From contig NC_043001.1 of NCBI RefSeq assembly GCF_006345805.1, positions 123,070,001-123,134,000 of the forward strand: a stretch of DNA of 64,000 nt, read 5' to 3'. The notes under the pieces were generated by a model. That model searched no databases. It was not told the DNA's origin and saw only the letters and a list, made by a program, of their open reading frames with translations. Both the position numbers and the translations under genes were made by a program. Positions 39,974 to 53,994 of this stretch are shown in pieces. This DNA comes from Octopus sinensis (lineage: Eukaryota). The stretch's first letter is position 1; every line of letters begins with the position of its first letter.

Positions 39974-41256
39974 GTTTGCAATCTTGTATTTCAATCCTGC
40001 ATTCTGTTTTTTCTTGTCTCAAGAATTGTTAAACTCAACTCTCTGGAAATATTTGCAATGTAGTTTAAAACGGTTTTTAAAAATCTATTTTCTCAAAAAT
40101 AGATTCCTTTGTAAAAGTACATAAAAAGTTTTTATATCATAAATCAGAATTATGAATAATCTCTGCTGCAAGTCGTTAGAATATTGGATAAACTGTTTCA
40201 TGGTATTTTATTCCGACTTTCTTTGTCTTTCGGAGGTCTATATAAAGAAAAAAAAAATAACCAACCTAGATTGGCGGAATATCTTGTGACCAGGACCGGT
40301 GCTAGGAACCGCAGTGAGGCCTTCTCTATTCTACAGAAGCTGAAAACTGATGTTTTATGCTTCGTGTAGTATGCCAGTCTCAACCAAAAAGCGTCGAGGG
40401 CTTGAGGCACGACCATTAGCCACAGTGATATACTAAAAATTCATCAAAGCGTCCTTCACAATAAATGCAACTGGATTTGATAGACAACAAATTAGTCGTT
40501 ATAATCTTAATAACTCAACGACAACATCACTTCCTCCTCCTCCTACTTAGAGGAAAAAGCACAGTGCTTATGTTATAGATGCTCTGAGACTTATGGTAGA
40601 AGAAAGGGAGATAACTATCATCAAACCTGTAATCCAATACAAACAACTAAAATGGTGGTATTAAACCGGGCGATTGACTGTCTACCACCCTATCACAATA
40701 ATGGTCCCTTTCAATGGGCTTCTGCACAGTTTCCACCAACCAAATTCTCCTCATAAGAGTTTAGTACATTCAAAGCTATAATAAATGGCACTGCTCAAAG
40801 TGCCATGCTGTAAGATTGAACCTAGAAATACATAAGTGTGAAGCCAACTTCTTAGCCACGTTCTGAGTTGAAATTCTGTCAAAGTCGACTTTGCCTTTCA
40901 TCCTTTCGGGGATGCGCCACATTGATGCTGACAAATGCTCTTTAGAAACTTGTAAACACAATTAAAATTAGATGGAACCAATATATAATGTTCTCTTGTA
41001 CGCATATTAAGTCAAAGTGTTTGGTCTGTACGGTTTCCAGATAGAGTTGTTCGTTGTGAGTAAATAGTTGTGCATTGTTTCATCGGATTAGGACTAATAA
41101 AACGGGAGATATGAGTGCGAGAAGTTTCTCAGAATGTTTTAATTCCATTACTTGGCATGAATATTTCAGTAAGAACAGTCATCAAACACACCCCACGCAC
41201 ACTCGCATACATATATATATATTATATATATATATATATATATACATATATAAATA

Positions 41257-41302
<46 letters not shown>

Positions 41303-41527
41303 TATATATATCATATATATCCATATATATTATATATTTATATATGTATATATATATATGTATATATATATTACATATATATATATATATATATGCATGT
41401 ATATATATATTATATATTATTTATATATATATATATATATATACACATCTATCTATCTCTCTATCTATCTATCTATCCGCCTGTTGTCTTTATATATGTT
41501 TACACACACGCGCGCACACACACATAT

Positions 41528-41565
<38 letters not shown>

Positions 41566-41578
41566 CATATATATACTT

Positions 41579-41730
41579 TATTAAAAAGCAGCAAATATAT
41601 CACGAAAACTGTCACTCAGGGTTTCACGTTCCCGTTCGTCGGACAGTTTTGTTTCGAAACAAAACTGTCTGACGAACGGGAACGTGAAACCTGAGAGACA
41701 GTTTTCGTGATATATTGCTGCTTTTTAATA
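41579..41730. repeat. Spacer-less palindrome (~76-bp arms) carrying degenerate minimal hammerheads on both strands
   Basis: Centre TTC|GAA at 41655/41656. Plus strand: AAAACTGT-CTGACGA-ACG(GGAA)CGT-GAAAC-CTGA-GAG-ACAGTTTT at 41661-41705, mirrored at 41605-41650. Confidence 0.85.
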
Positions 41731-42075
41731 TAGCATATTGCTCTACCTCCGGTTTTCGAGTACTATTTTTACCACCTTGTTGCGCATTTATGAGCTTACT
41801 CTGGTATATATATATATGTATGTATGTATGTATAAATATATGTATGTATGCATGTATGTATGTATGTATGTATGTATGTATGTATGTATGTATGTATGTA
41901 TGTATGTATATATGTATATATATATACAAAAAGCAATAAAGATTCAAGTTAATTTAAATGAATTTACTTGAATATGGTACCTAACTTAGATGCACCAAAA
42001 AAAACTATACTGTTTTAACAATACAGTAATGTGGGGTGATTATAAGCGAGAAAGAAGCAACAAGAATGGATAGGT

Positions 42076-42165
42076 TTTTAGTACAATCGTTTCATACAAG
42101 GACAGGCTTATTAAAAGTTGTAAAAATTACAGCATATAAACGTGTCCCGTACTCATCAGCTAAAA
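42076..42165 (-). ncRNA. Type I hammerhead ribozyme (mirror copy)
   Basis: Reverse complement of the motif at 42333-42421 with intact CUGAUGA, GAAA and GUA. Confidence 0.7.
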
Positions 42166-42332
42166 TACATGTGAGTTCTCTAGACATCCTAGTGGTTGAG
42201 GCTATACTCATGAAGTAATGTAGATAATTAAGTAACATAATGTAGATAATTAAGTAACATATGTTACTTAATTATCTACATTACTCATGAGTATAGCCTC
42301 AACCACTAGGATGTCTAGAGAACTCACATGTA

Positions 42333-42421
42333 TTTTAGCTGATGAGTACGGGACACGTTTATAGCTGTAATTTTACAACTTTTAATAAAGCCTGTCCTTG
42401 TATGAAACGATTGTACTAAAA
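42333..42421 (+). ncRNA. Type I hammerhead ribozyme with minimal stem III
   Basis: Stem I TTTTAG(42333-38)/CTAAAA(42416-21); CTGATGA 42339-45; stem II GTACGGGACA/TGTCCTTGTAT; GAAAC 42404-08; loop GATT; GTA cleavage triplet 42413-15. Confidence 0.72.
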
Positions 42422-42494
42422 ACCTATCCATTCTTGTTGCTTCTTTCTCGTGTATATATATATATAATATATATATATATATAATATATATATA

Positions 42495-42551
<57 letters not shown>

Positions 42552-42804
42552 TAAATATAAGGGTAGCAAAAAATTCTCCGCTACCAGCGGTCCAGCGAGA
42601 AAGGAAAGATAGTCAAAGACTATATAATATACATTCAAAAATATAAGGAATGGCCATAATAGGACATTCGACTCGCTAAAAAGAACACCAAACTCTTTTT
42701 GCTGCTGAGAAGACCGCGCAATTGCGGTAGATTTTGAAAATTTATAGCATATAGACTTGAAGCTTCCTTACCATCGCCTCGTTGATATATTTTTGTCCTT
42801 GGCT

Positions 42805-42899
42805 TCTCTGCCGACGAGGCACGCCAGTTGTAAATAAATCTAATTTAATTTAATTAATTTGTTTTCTAAAGTTTGCCGAAACTACGCATAGTCCAGAGA
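42805..42899 (+). ncRNA. Type I hammerhead ribozyme with U4C core variant
   Basis: Stem I TCTCTG/CAGAGA; core CCGACGA 42811-17; stem II GGCA/TGCC; GAAA 42878-81; stem III CTA(CGCA)TAG; GTC site 42891-93. Confidence 0.68.
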
Positions 42900-44747
42900 T
42901 GAAAGGGTAAACGTTTTTATTTCTCTTTCAATTTCAGAATTACAACTATTAGCGGTTTGAGTTTGGCTGCTCTTTCTAGTGAGTCGAATGTCCTATTATG
43001 GCCATTCCTTATATTTTTGAATATATATATATATATGTATTTATATATGTATGTGTGTGTGTGGTTTATATATATATATATATACACACACACACCCTCT
43101 CAACTAAAAGTAACGAAAAAAAAAACGACGGCCAAGATTCTTCGTATAGAACAATCTCTGTCACTTTTACTTTGACATTACGTAGAGTAAAGGTCGAAAA
43201 CTGACATATGGTGTACTCAAATAGAATGAGTCGGAAGGAACCAAATCGATTTCACTTATGTTAATTTTAAGTACATCTGTTTTGTTACAAATGTTCAATC
43301 TTAGTGCAGATGTGACCCTGTGATGTGTTCCGTGTTACTTTTACTTCTCAATCAACAGAATATATTGAAGGCATTTCCAATAGTTCAAATGTTTAGAGAC
43401 CATTCAGACTTTGAATAGTTATTGACTTGAGAATTGCGTTCAATCACAAAAATGAACGACACTAACTCTGATGACCAGAACGCTATCCTAAAAGAATTTA
43501 GGAAAAAATACGCATGAGTCTTGAATGTGAAGGGAAATCACTTAGAGTATTCTGAGTGACTTTCAATGGAAACGCAAAACGTATATAAAGTGGTGATACA
43601 GAAAGCTTTAGTGTTGGTTGGTACAAGCGATTGCAGAAGATAATTAAATCAATATGCTATTATTGGTTGAATATATGCATGTGATAAGAAGAATGCTCGA
43701 AAAATTACAAAACAAAAGGAGTTAAAGCGCATGCGTTCTATTCACGACTCCTATCTTGAATTTTATTTTGCGAATTGCGCTAACACTATTTTTAGTCTCT
43801 AAAATTGTGTTCTAGTTTCACAAGCAACAATCCCATAATGTCAAGCCATTTGAATGATTTGAGAAATAACGGAGAGATTTGATGCAGAGATGCGAGATTA
43901 TCTCGCTTTCGATAAAAATTATCATTTAAAAAAACCCCAAAAAAACCCCCCAAAAACAATAGCACTAAACCGAGAGATAAACATTGGACTAACGTCATGT
44001 ATTCAGTGATAAAACAATTGAATACTAGCAGAAGTGAGAGCAGGATATGTCTAATTAAGTTCAAGTATTGAAAAAAAAAAATCTTCATAGTAAAAAGGAA
44101 CGGCTGGAAGCACAGTAGCAATACTTGAAATACTTTTTCATATAGATTTTCCTCTGTGATATCTTTTTCCTTTGATGATTTGAACTATACGTGATCTCAC
44201 CAGCTTTCACTGAACTCGTTAATTTCCATGAAATGCAACTAAACGAAAAGACTCCAGGCTTAAATTCAATGACGGTCAAAGAAGTAATCATGTGTAGAAG
44301 GGAAATATTTGATGGAATTATCCTGAAATCGTGCTTTTAAGTTTAGAAAAGTAACATTATACCAGCTTCAGTTTCACGTGATTAAGTCTTGCTTTATTTT
44401 TTTGTTTTTAAAATTCCTCTTTGCGAATATTAATATTTGAAGTCTATGATGGTATTAGTTTTTTCCTTTAGAGATCCAGCCGTGATTACTTTCTATGTTA
44501 GAATGCTAGAATTAGAGTTAGTTTTATTTTAACAGAAGATAAAAACAGGATTAGTTCGTTGCATCTTTATTTTCTTTTTCTGATTGAGTGATACCATATT
44601 TCAAGCTTAAACATTTCTGAACTTTGGTGAAAGTGTAGCTGTGTTGTTGAGTTGGTGAAATGTTATCTTTTTCTTATATTTACGCAATTTTATCTATAGT
44701 TATTGACTTTTATATGAAAGCTTATACATTAAACCTGTTCACACACG

Positions 44748-44847
<100 letters not shown>

Positions 44848-46735
44848 TCTATGTATATGAAAATCAATTATATAAAGTCTTTTCATTTCTGTGAAGTCTT
44901 TTACAGAGAGCTGTGATTTTGTCAACTCATGTTTTGTTATAAAGAGCGTATTCTAACCACGCCAACACCATCGGTTAATTAAACATTTTCAATATAAATT
45001 GAATTAGACAGGAAAATATTAGTTGACACTAGTAATGTGCTATATAATTGTTTATCTGTCTCGCAATTCATGGATATTCACAGTCCACCATTTTCGATTT
45101 CTGTATTGTTAGACTCCCCGTGGATTAAACACCAGTCTGTTAAAGTTAATCGTTCGAAACATTAGTTCTTTCGCTTCCCCAACGGAGTATGAAGTTATCC
45201 GAATTTACGAACTCTATATTAGGTAGCTTTTATCGTAAATGAAAATCGAGTTCAGGATTACAAAACAAAGAATTCTTCATCAGTTTTACGGTGTTGCTGC
45301 TTAAAGTATAAACTTATATAATCACTGTGATAACTAACTTAGAACAAAGTGAAGCTAACCGTTGAGAATTCAATGTTTTGGTCACAGATACAACAGTATA
45401 TCGGTGATAGGATATAAACACCCAAATTTCTTCGCCAGATTATCCAATATTTTGTTGAAGGTGGTAATTTGGCAGGGACGTAGAGTGCTGGGTAAAATGC
45501 CACGTGATACTTGTGCCAACTCTTTAGGTTATAAGTTCAAATCAAACCAAGGTAAACAGTGTCTTTTATCCTTTCGGGGTCAGTGGAAAAGTATCGCTCC
45601 AGGTGCTTTGATAACAACGCTTGCAATGACACTGATGACAAGACGACGACATTTCCATTGAATGGTGTGGAGAGGGGAAAATTGCATGCATGGACAACTG
45701 CCCGTGTTCCTAAACAAACTGTTCAGACGTACACATACATGTGCTGATGTATGGATAACATTGACCGACAGAGGCTCTTCGGCCAAAAACGTTGTCTTTT
45801 AATTCTTGAAAAAGTTTATGTTGAACAGAATTTATTACGTGGGTCAATCTCCAACAAGGACCATTTCCTTTCTGTTAAATCTCTAATACATGAACAACAA
45901 ATCTTCTCTAAACGTGTGAAATGAGTTGTGGCAATTATCTTTATCCGACAGTTGAAAAGAAATTATTACCTTTAGTTTACATATTAACATTTCCAGATTG
46001 AAACCAGTAGGATCAGGGCACATCTCAACAAATAAAACATCTGATAAGAAGTAGCGACCAAGGTTATCAAAATCGTAGTTGTAGATATCGTTAATATACA
46101 CCTTGAAGATTGAATTTTCTCGAATTTTTATTATATATATGCGTAAAGAAGCAATTTACTGTATTTGCTGAACAGGTGTCTCATTTTGATTCCCGTTCGT
46201 GTCATTTTATTTTAGTTGTGATACTAATAATGTTAGAAAAGGAATGAACACAGTAGATACCCATTTTTCGTCAAGTCATTTTAATATTGTTTAGGATAAA
46301 TTCTTATCGGATCAAGCAGGGATATTTCTTGCTTAAGTTAATTCATTAATGTTACGCAATAGGTATGAAAGAGCTCTAGAATTCCTGTGGCGTATCATGC
46401 CTGTTAAATAAGGTGAAAACACGAGAAGTGTTTACTCCATCTGGCTGCTGAAAAGGTTTCGCTAAACCATTGGCAGTAAACATTCAACCCACGTATCTAC
46501 TCTAAGCGGAAATCCATATCTTGATCCACAGCCTTCCACAACAGTGACAACAAACCGTGGTTTCTTTTTTCTTTCTCTCCTTTGAGTCTTGAGGGTGTGG
46601 CAAACGGCTATGGGCGAGGTTCTTCCCCTTTCACTCAACCATGTATGTATGTATGTATGTATGTATTATGTATGTATGTATGTATGTATGTATGTATGTA
46701 TGGATATATATATATATATAATATATATATATTAT

Positions 46736-46766
<31 letters not shown>

Positions 46767-46823
46767 CCATACATATACATACATACATCTACATACATAC
46801 ATACATACATACACATATATGTA

Positions 46824-48085
46824 TTGGGTTGTCCGGAAAGTTCGTGCCGATTTATAGTAGCTTACCTTTCGACTTATTTTAGAACATGGTTGAGTCCATA
46901 AAATAGGATTTGACTACACTTCCATTTAGAGCACAGTTTAAGCTATCTTTTCATGGAAGAAGGTTTATGTTCCTATAACCTGTGTTAATTCTGTAAACCT
47001 TGAAAATGGAAGATAAGAAAGTTCGTTTTCGGCACTTGATGCTTTTCTTTTTCTGTAAAGGGAAAAATGCCTCACAAGCAACCAAAGAAATATGCGCAGT
47101 TTACAGTAATGTTTCTTTATCCAAATGAACTGTATGGAAGTGGATTGCAAGGTTCCAAGCTGGAGATTGTAGCCTTATTGATAAAGAGTGATCAGGCAGA
47201 CCATCCACTACAGATGATGACCAAATCAAGTCATTATTTGAGAATAACTCACATTGCACAACCTGAGAATTGGTAGAAAGCCTCAACCTATCAAAATCCG
47301 TCGTTCATGAGCACCTAGTAAGCTTGGATATACAAATCACTGCGATGTTTGGATACCACATGAGAAGAACCTTTTGGATCGTATTTTCATCTGTGATTCG
47401 CTTTATAAACGGAATGAAAACGCGCCTTTTTTAAAGCAAATTGTGACAGGTGATGAGAGATGGATTATCTACCGAAGTGTTCAGAAAAAGCGATCCTGGA
47501 GCAAGCGAGATGAACCACCCTTAGCCACCCCAAAAGCGGGTCTTCACCCTAAAAGTGTCTTTGTGTCTGGTGTGATTAGAAAGGAATTCTGTACTATGAG
47601 CTTCTCCCAAGTAACCAGACAATTAATTCTGAGAAATACACAACTGGACGAGTTAAAAGCCGCAATTCAAGAAAAACGTTGAGAATTGGCCAACAGGAAG
47701 GGTGTTGCTTTCCAACATGATAATTTCAGACCGCACGTTTCTTTGGGAACCTGAAAAAAATTGCTGCAGCTCGGCTGGGATGTGTTACCCCACACTCCAT
47801 ATTCACCAGATATTGCTCCTTCGGATTTCCACTTATTCAGGTTTCTGCAGAATAGTCTTAATGGTAAAAATTTCAATTCCTTGGATGACGTAAAAAGATA
47901 CCTTGATGAATTCTTTGCCATGAAACCACCTCAATTCTGGGAAGAGGGTATTTTCCAGTTAAAGGAAAGATGGAGACGCATTGTGCAACAACATGGTTTA
48001 TATTGGTTGATTAAAAATGTAATGGCATTATTTATTGACCTTTTTCTTTCCTTTAAAAATCCGCACGAACTTTCCGGACAACCCA

Positions 48086-48086
<1 letters not shown>
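46824..48086 (+). mobile_element. Full-length mariner (DD34D) transposon, 1263 bp
   Basis: 30-bp TIRs TTGGGTTGTCCGGAAAGTTCGTGC(C/G)GATTT with one mismatch and a TA TSD on both sides. Confidence 0.95.
47006..48014 (+). pseudogene. mariner transposase pseudogene
   Basis: IVTGDERWI, QHDNFRPH and HTPYSPDIAPSDFHLF motifs spread over different frames with stops and frameshifts. Confidence 0.92.
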
Positions 48087-48179
<93 letters not shown>

Positions 48180-48959
48180 TATACATATATATATATATAT
48201 ATGTAAAAAAAAAATGGAAAATTCTGTGTGGAACATACGACGTAGTGAAGACTAAAAAATAAAACTAGAAAAAGAAGAAACATAACATCCCACTTAAATT
48301 CGACATTCAGTGATGTCAAGCCCATAATTTGGAGGCAGGGAATAGTTAAGAAGTAGGACTGTTAACTGGAAAACAAGAATTATATGATTATAATAATTGC
48401 TACAAAGTTTAGCCAATTACGTCGAACAAAGTACCTCACTGGTACTTTATTTAATCGACGCCAAAAGGAAGAAAAGTAAAGTAGACTTCGACGGAATTCA
48501 AACTCAGCAGAATTGAAAATAAAGAGCTGGAAGAAACGCCGCCAAGTCTTTTATCGCCGTCTTTGTTTCAAATTTTGGCATAAGACCAGCAATTTTAGGG
48601 GTAGAGGAACAGCAGTAATTGATTGATACTTTATTTTATCAACTCCGAGGTCGAGGATGAATGATAAAGTTGATTTTGAACTCAGAGTATCAAGAGCCAC
48701 ATGAAAATAGGACAAGATATTTTGTCCGACAACAACGCTGCCGATTTCCCCTCTTTATGATGATGATGATGATGATGATGTTAATAATGGAAGAAAGAAG
48801 ACGACAACTTAAACATTTAATTGTTTTAGTGACTATCAATAGTTTCTGTGGAATTACAAACAATAACTTAAATCAGCGAAGAGTTAATTCGAAGCAACTC
48901 ATTTTCTTCTGAGCAGTAAGGCTTATATTTCGAATCATAAATACACAACCAATTCCGTT

Positions 48960-48986
48960 ATATATATTGTTATATATATTATATAT

Positions 48987-49044
<58 letters not shown>

Positions 49045-49149
49045 GTGCATATATATATTCATATATATGTATGCATATATATATGTGTGTGTGTGTATGT
49101 AGATATATATAAGTATATATGTATATATATATGCACATATATATATATG

Positions 49150-49194
<45 letters not shown>

Positions 49195-49707
49195 AATATA
49201 TATATATATATAAATATGTATATATATAACTATATATATGATTAATACATATTTGTACATAACTTTTAACGACTATATAGCTATATATATATGGGTATAT
49301 ATATATCTATATTATCTCTCTATATATATACATATAATACATAAATATATACATGTACGTATCCCAACATCTATGCTTTGGTAAAGATATATGTATATGT
49401 ATATCGAGACATGCATACATGTATATACATACATGCATATTTATATGCATACATATATAAATACATACATAAAATCACATGTATATATTTATACACCACA
49501 CACACACACACATATATATATGTGTATATATATTTCAGTATAAAGTAATTATATGTACGTGTGTGTATGATGCATGTATACATAACTATTTATGCGTGCG
49601 TCTGAAAACAACCACACGCATATATGCAGACATACATGCATACGTAATACACACACATAATATATATATATATATGTACATATATAAATATGCACACACG
49701 TATGCAT

Positions 49708-49750
<43 letters not shown>

Positions 49751-50026
49751 ATATTAGACCCATATGCATGCATGTACGTGTGCACACATAAACTAGAACA
49801 TAAAAATAAAATGAAAAATAAAATACCCTTAAACCATTCACAGTGAACATTAAATTAAGAACGAAGGAATATTATGTAAAATATTATAGAAAGAAACAAA
49901 AAGAAAAAAAAAAAAATCGCAGAGCATTCAATGAATTCTTCTGTATCAAGGCGAAAACAGTATATCCCCACATACTCACACATGCACGTACAAAACATGT
50001 GTGTGTGTGCGAGGGCATGTAAGCAT

Positions 50027-50095
<69 letters not shown>

Positions 50096-50390
50096 CACAC
50101 ACACACAGAAACACATATATGTAGATAGGTAGAGAGAGAGGTAAAGCGGGACGTACATATAGATACATATACATGTATATATGTATAGGTATATATGTAC
50201 GCATAAGCACATACATTCATGTATGTATGTATATCATATATGATAGACTACTCGAGTTTCGCCCTTGGCTGTTCACGAATGTATGCACACACACACACAC
50301 AAGCACACACGCATAAATATATATTATATATATATGCATATATATGTATATATATGTACATGTATTATATATATATATATATATATATAG

Positions 50391-50443
<53 letters not shown>

Positions 50444-50906
50444 TATGTATATTATAATATACATATATATATCATATATACATATATGTATAGATATAGA
50501 TAAATGTATATAAATACGTAGGTATGTATATAAGCCTTATATATATATGTCTATGCATATAAGTACATTTATACACATATATAGATAGCAATATATGCAT
50601 AAACGTATATCGCCTTCTCTTCATATATATATATACATACATACAAACCATGTCTTTACACACACGCGCTTATATATGCACATTATAGGGTATGAATTTT
50701 AATAAATGCGTATAAATGTTTTGAATTGGTTTTTATTTCATTATATTATATTTTATTTTAAATCATTTCTTTAAAAATAGCTACAGACAATTGCAGACAA
50801 AATTTTCATTACAGTAAGTTGAAATAAACTGTACAAAAGAAAACGTTTAAGTTAATAATGCAAACTGCGTTTCAATCAGGGAGAACTGAAAAAATATCTT
50901 TTCTTT

Positions 50907-50955
<49 letters not shown>

Positions 50956-51123
50956 CACATACATATATATTATATATATATATATATGAACATACATATA
51001 TACATATATATCTAAATATATACATATATATACACATATTTACATACGTATATATACATATATGCACATACATATTGACACATGCACTTGTATTTATAGA
51101 AATGTAAATATATACATACATAT

Positions 51124-51181
<58 letters not shown>

Positions 51182-51798
51182 TAATATATTATATATATAT
51201 ATATACATACATACATATATATATATGTATAGATACGCATATATGAAAGTATATATATATTTTTATAATGTACTTGTATATATTTTATTATATATATGTG
51301 TTGTATATGTATATATGTTTATGTGTATACATATATTTATACATAAATGCATACACAGAGACTAAAGCGTTTATATATCCAAATATCGTTATATTTATAT
51401 ATAATATATATATTTAAATACTCATATATATGTATGGACTTTCATATGTATTTGTGACGTGTGTATGTGTACAAGTGTGTGAGTGTGTGTATTGTATTTT
51501 AGTATAAAAGTATCCACATGTATCTTTGTGCACTCTGCCAATGGCTTTTTGAAACGTGGTTAACCAAGGGCGGATAAATCAGTCAGTTTCCTGTTCTCTC
51601 TCAGTTCTCTGAAATCGCGGCAACTAACGCCATCATAATTTTCATTTTCGCCTTTCTCACCCTCATTATCCTCACCAGCACAATTGTCAAACGTCATGCT
51701 CATTGTCATCCTATTTCTATCATCCCACGTAGTACACACACACACGCACAGATATACACACATACAGACACAGACACACACTTATGTATGTATAAATT

Positions 51799-51829
<31 letters not shown>

Positions 51830-51877
51830 AAATTTTCATATATATATATGCATATGTATGTGCATATATATGCATAG

Positions 51878-51909
<32 letters not shown>

Positions 51910-52014
51910 CATATGTATTTAAATATATATATATATACATATATATACATGTATATGTACACACACATATATATATATATATATAACATACACGCATATA
52001 TAAACATATATATT

Positions 52015-52086
<72 letters not shown>

Positions 52087-52100
52087 CATACATATGAATA
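48960..52100. repeat. Extended (TA)n/(CA)n low-complexity region
   Basis: Mostly degenerate alternating purine-pyrimidine repeats with short unique islands. Confidence 0.85.
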
Positions 52101-53847
52101 TGTATATGCCACACACACACTACTCCGTGAAGTAACAGAAACTTTAGTCTCTCTTTTTTCCTCCAAGCCAATGACTAGCAAATATTTCCAGAAACCGTGG
52201 CAATTAAAACGAGGAAACAAACGAACAAATCAAGGAAAAAAAAAAAAAGAACGGAAAATACAAAATCAAAACAAGAAAATACATAAAAAAAATAAATAGC
52301 AAAACAAAATCATTTCCTTTCGAATACACGCCAGCAGTCCAGTCATGTTTGCTGTTACATATTCAGTGCCTTCGTTAAGAAAATTTTAAGAAAGACAAAT
52401 TTCACTGTCTGTACCTTTGTTTAGAAAATATTAGGAAAGACAAGTTTTATTCTTCCGACTCTATAGCCATTTATAGGTTAATTTCCTACATCAATTATCT
52501 TATGTTTCTCCAAACATTTTTTCTTTCTTTCTAAGGACTCACGTTGTCATCATGAAACCTGAATATCAAACTTTCTTGAACTTAAGTTTATTTTAATTTT
52601 TCGGGGAACCAATTTCGTATGCTATAGTTACATTTAAATGAATTCCCATGTCTATATTTCTTAGATGAAGTGCTTATTAGTTTGAGAATTATGTTATTGA
52701 TTTAATCTATACAGTTTCTATTTTCTGTAGTACATTTTGATTTGCTTCACAGACAATCGCATCGCGAATTTAGGTTCCTTTTAGCTCTTGTCTAGAAACA
52801 GAGATAGATAGACAGAGAAGAAGGGAGAAATACATCATTAGTTTTTCGTTCCACACATAATAATGTATATATGCATGTACGCATACTCGCAGACATGTAT
52901 GTATGAAGACATACATATAATATACATATATAGGTATATATGAGTGCATACATGCATATATGTGAATAGGTGCATATGTGTATATGTTTGTTATCTTTCT
53001 TTTTAACAATTCAAATTCTTCTTATAAGAAAAGAACTTGTTTCTAACACAGAAACAATGCTCAATTGAAGTCATGTATGTAATGCAGCGATGCTTATGTA
53101 ACAGTTTCTTGTTTAAAGAATAATCCAGTTTTCCACACAAGAAAAAAAAAAAGCTTCTCTAATTGAAAAGAATCTTTTTGCGTATTTATATTTTCTGTTT
53201 AAAATTAATCACGTATCAAGTTTTGTGAGAGACGCTGGGTATACGGAAACTTTACAGAAGCCAGTTGGATGGATTGTACGTGTTATTCAAAGGTCACACA
53301 GAGTGCAACTGATACTACATGAATATTAAATTAAAGGTGTGTACAAGAATTTACGAAATACTCAGCCACTTAAACTGTGAGACAGTTGATAGTTCAGTAA
53401 GTAGTTCAGTTGATCACACCACAAGACACTCTTTCGTAGAAATCGACGCCAAAGTCCATTCATCATATATGTATGCGTGTAAAGATGCATAACATGTATG
53501 TATATAAAGATGTATAATATTTATACAAGATATGTGATATATATCTATGTATATGAGTGTTTATGCCTCCATGTATGTATGTATGTATGTATGTATGTAT
53601 GTATGTATGTATGTATGTATGTATGTATGTATGTATGTATGTGCGTATGTATGTTTGTATGTATGTATGTATGTATGTATGTATATATGTATGTATGCAT
53701 GTATGTATGAATGTATATATGTTTGTTTTTTTAAATTTTTGTTTTTAAAGTAAAGGATGCAAACTATTGCCTGAGAAGTAGAACTATAGAAATAAATGGC
53801 TCAACATTTAGTGTTTTAACATTTTTATAATGCTTGGCGTGTAGTTA

Positions 53848-53928
<81 letters not shown>

Positions 53929-53929
53929 C

Positions 53930-53994
<65 letters not shown>

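Larger units (their letters stand above)
42047..42450. repeat. Spacer-less palindrome (~190-210-bp arms)
   Basis: Centre CAT|ATG at 42260/42261. Arms differ by a few 1-bp indels and a 22-bp tandem duplication in the left arm. Confidence 0.95.

Noticed and set aside
51560-51730. GC-richer acidic mini-ORF within the TA-rich region
   Set aside because: No splice signals or homology recognised.
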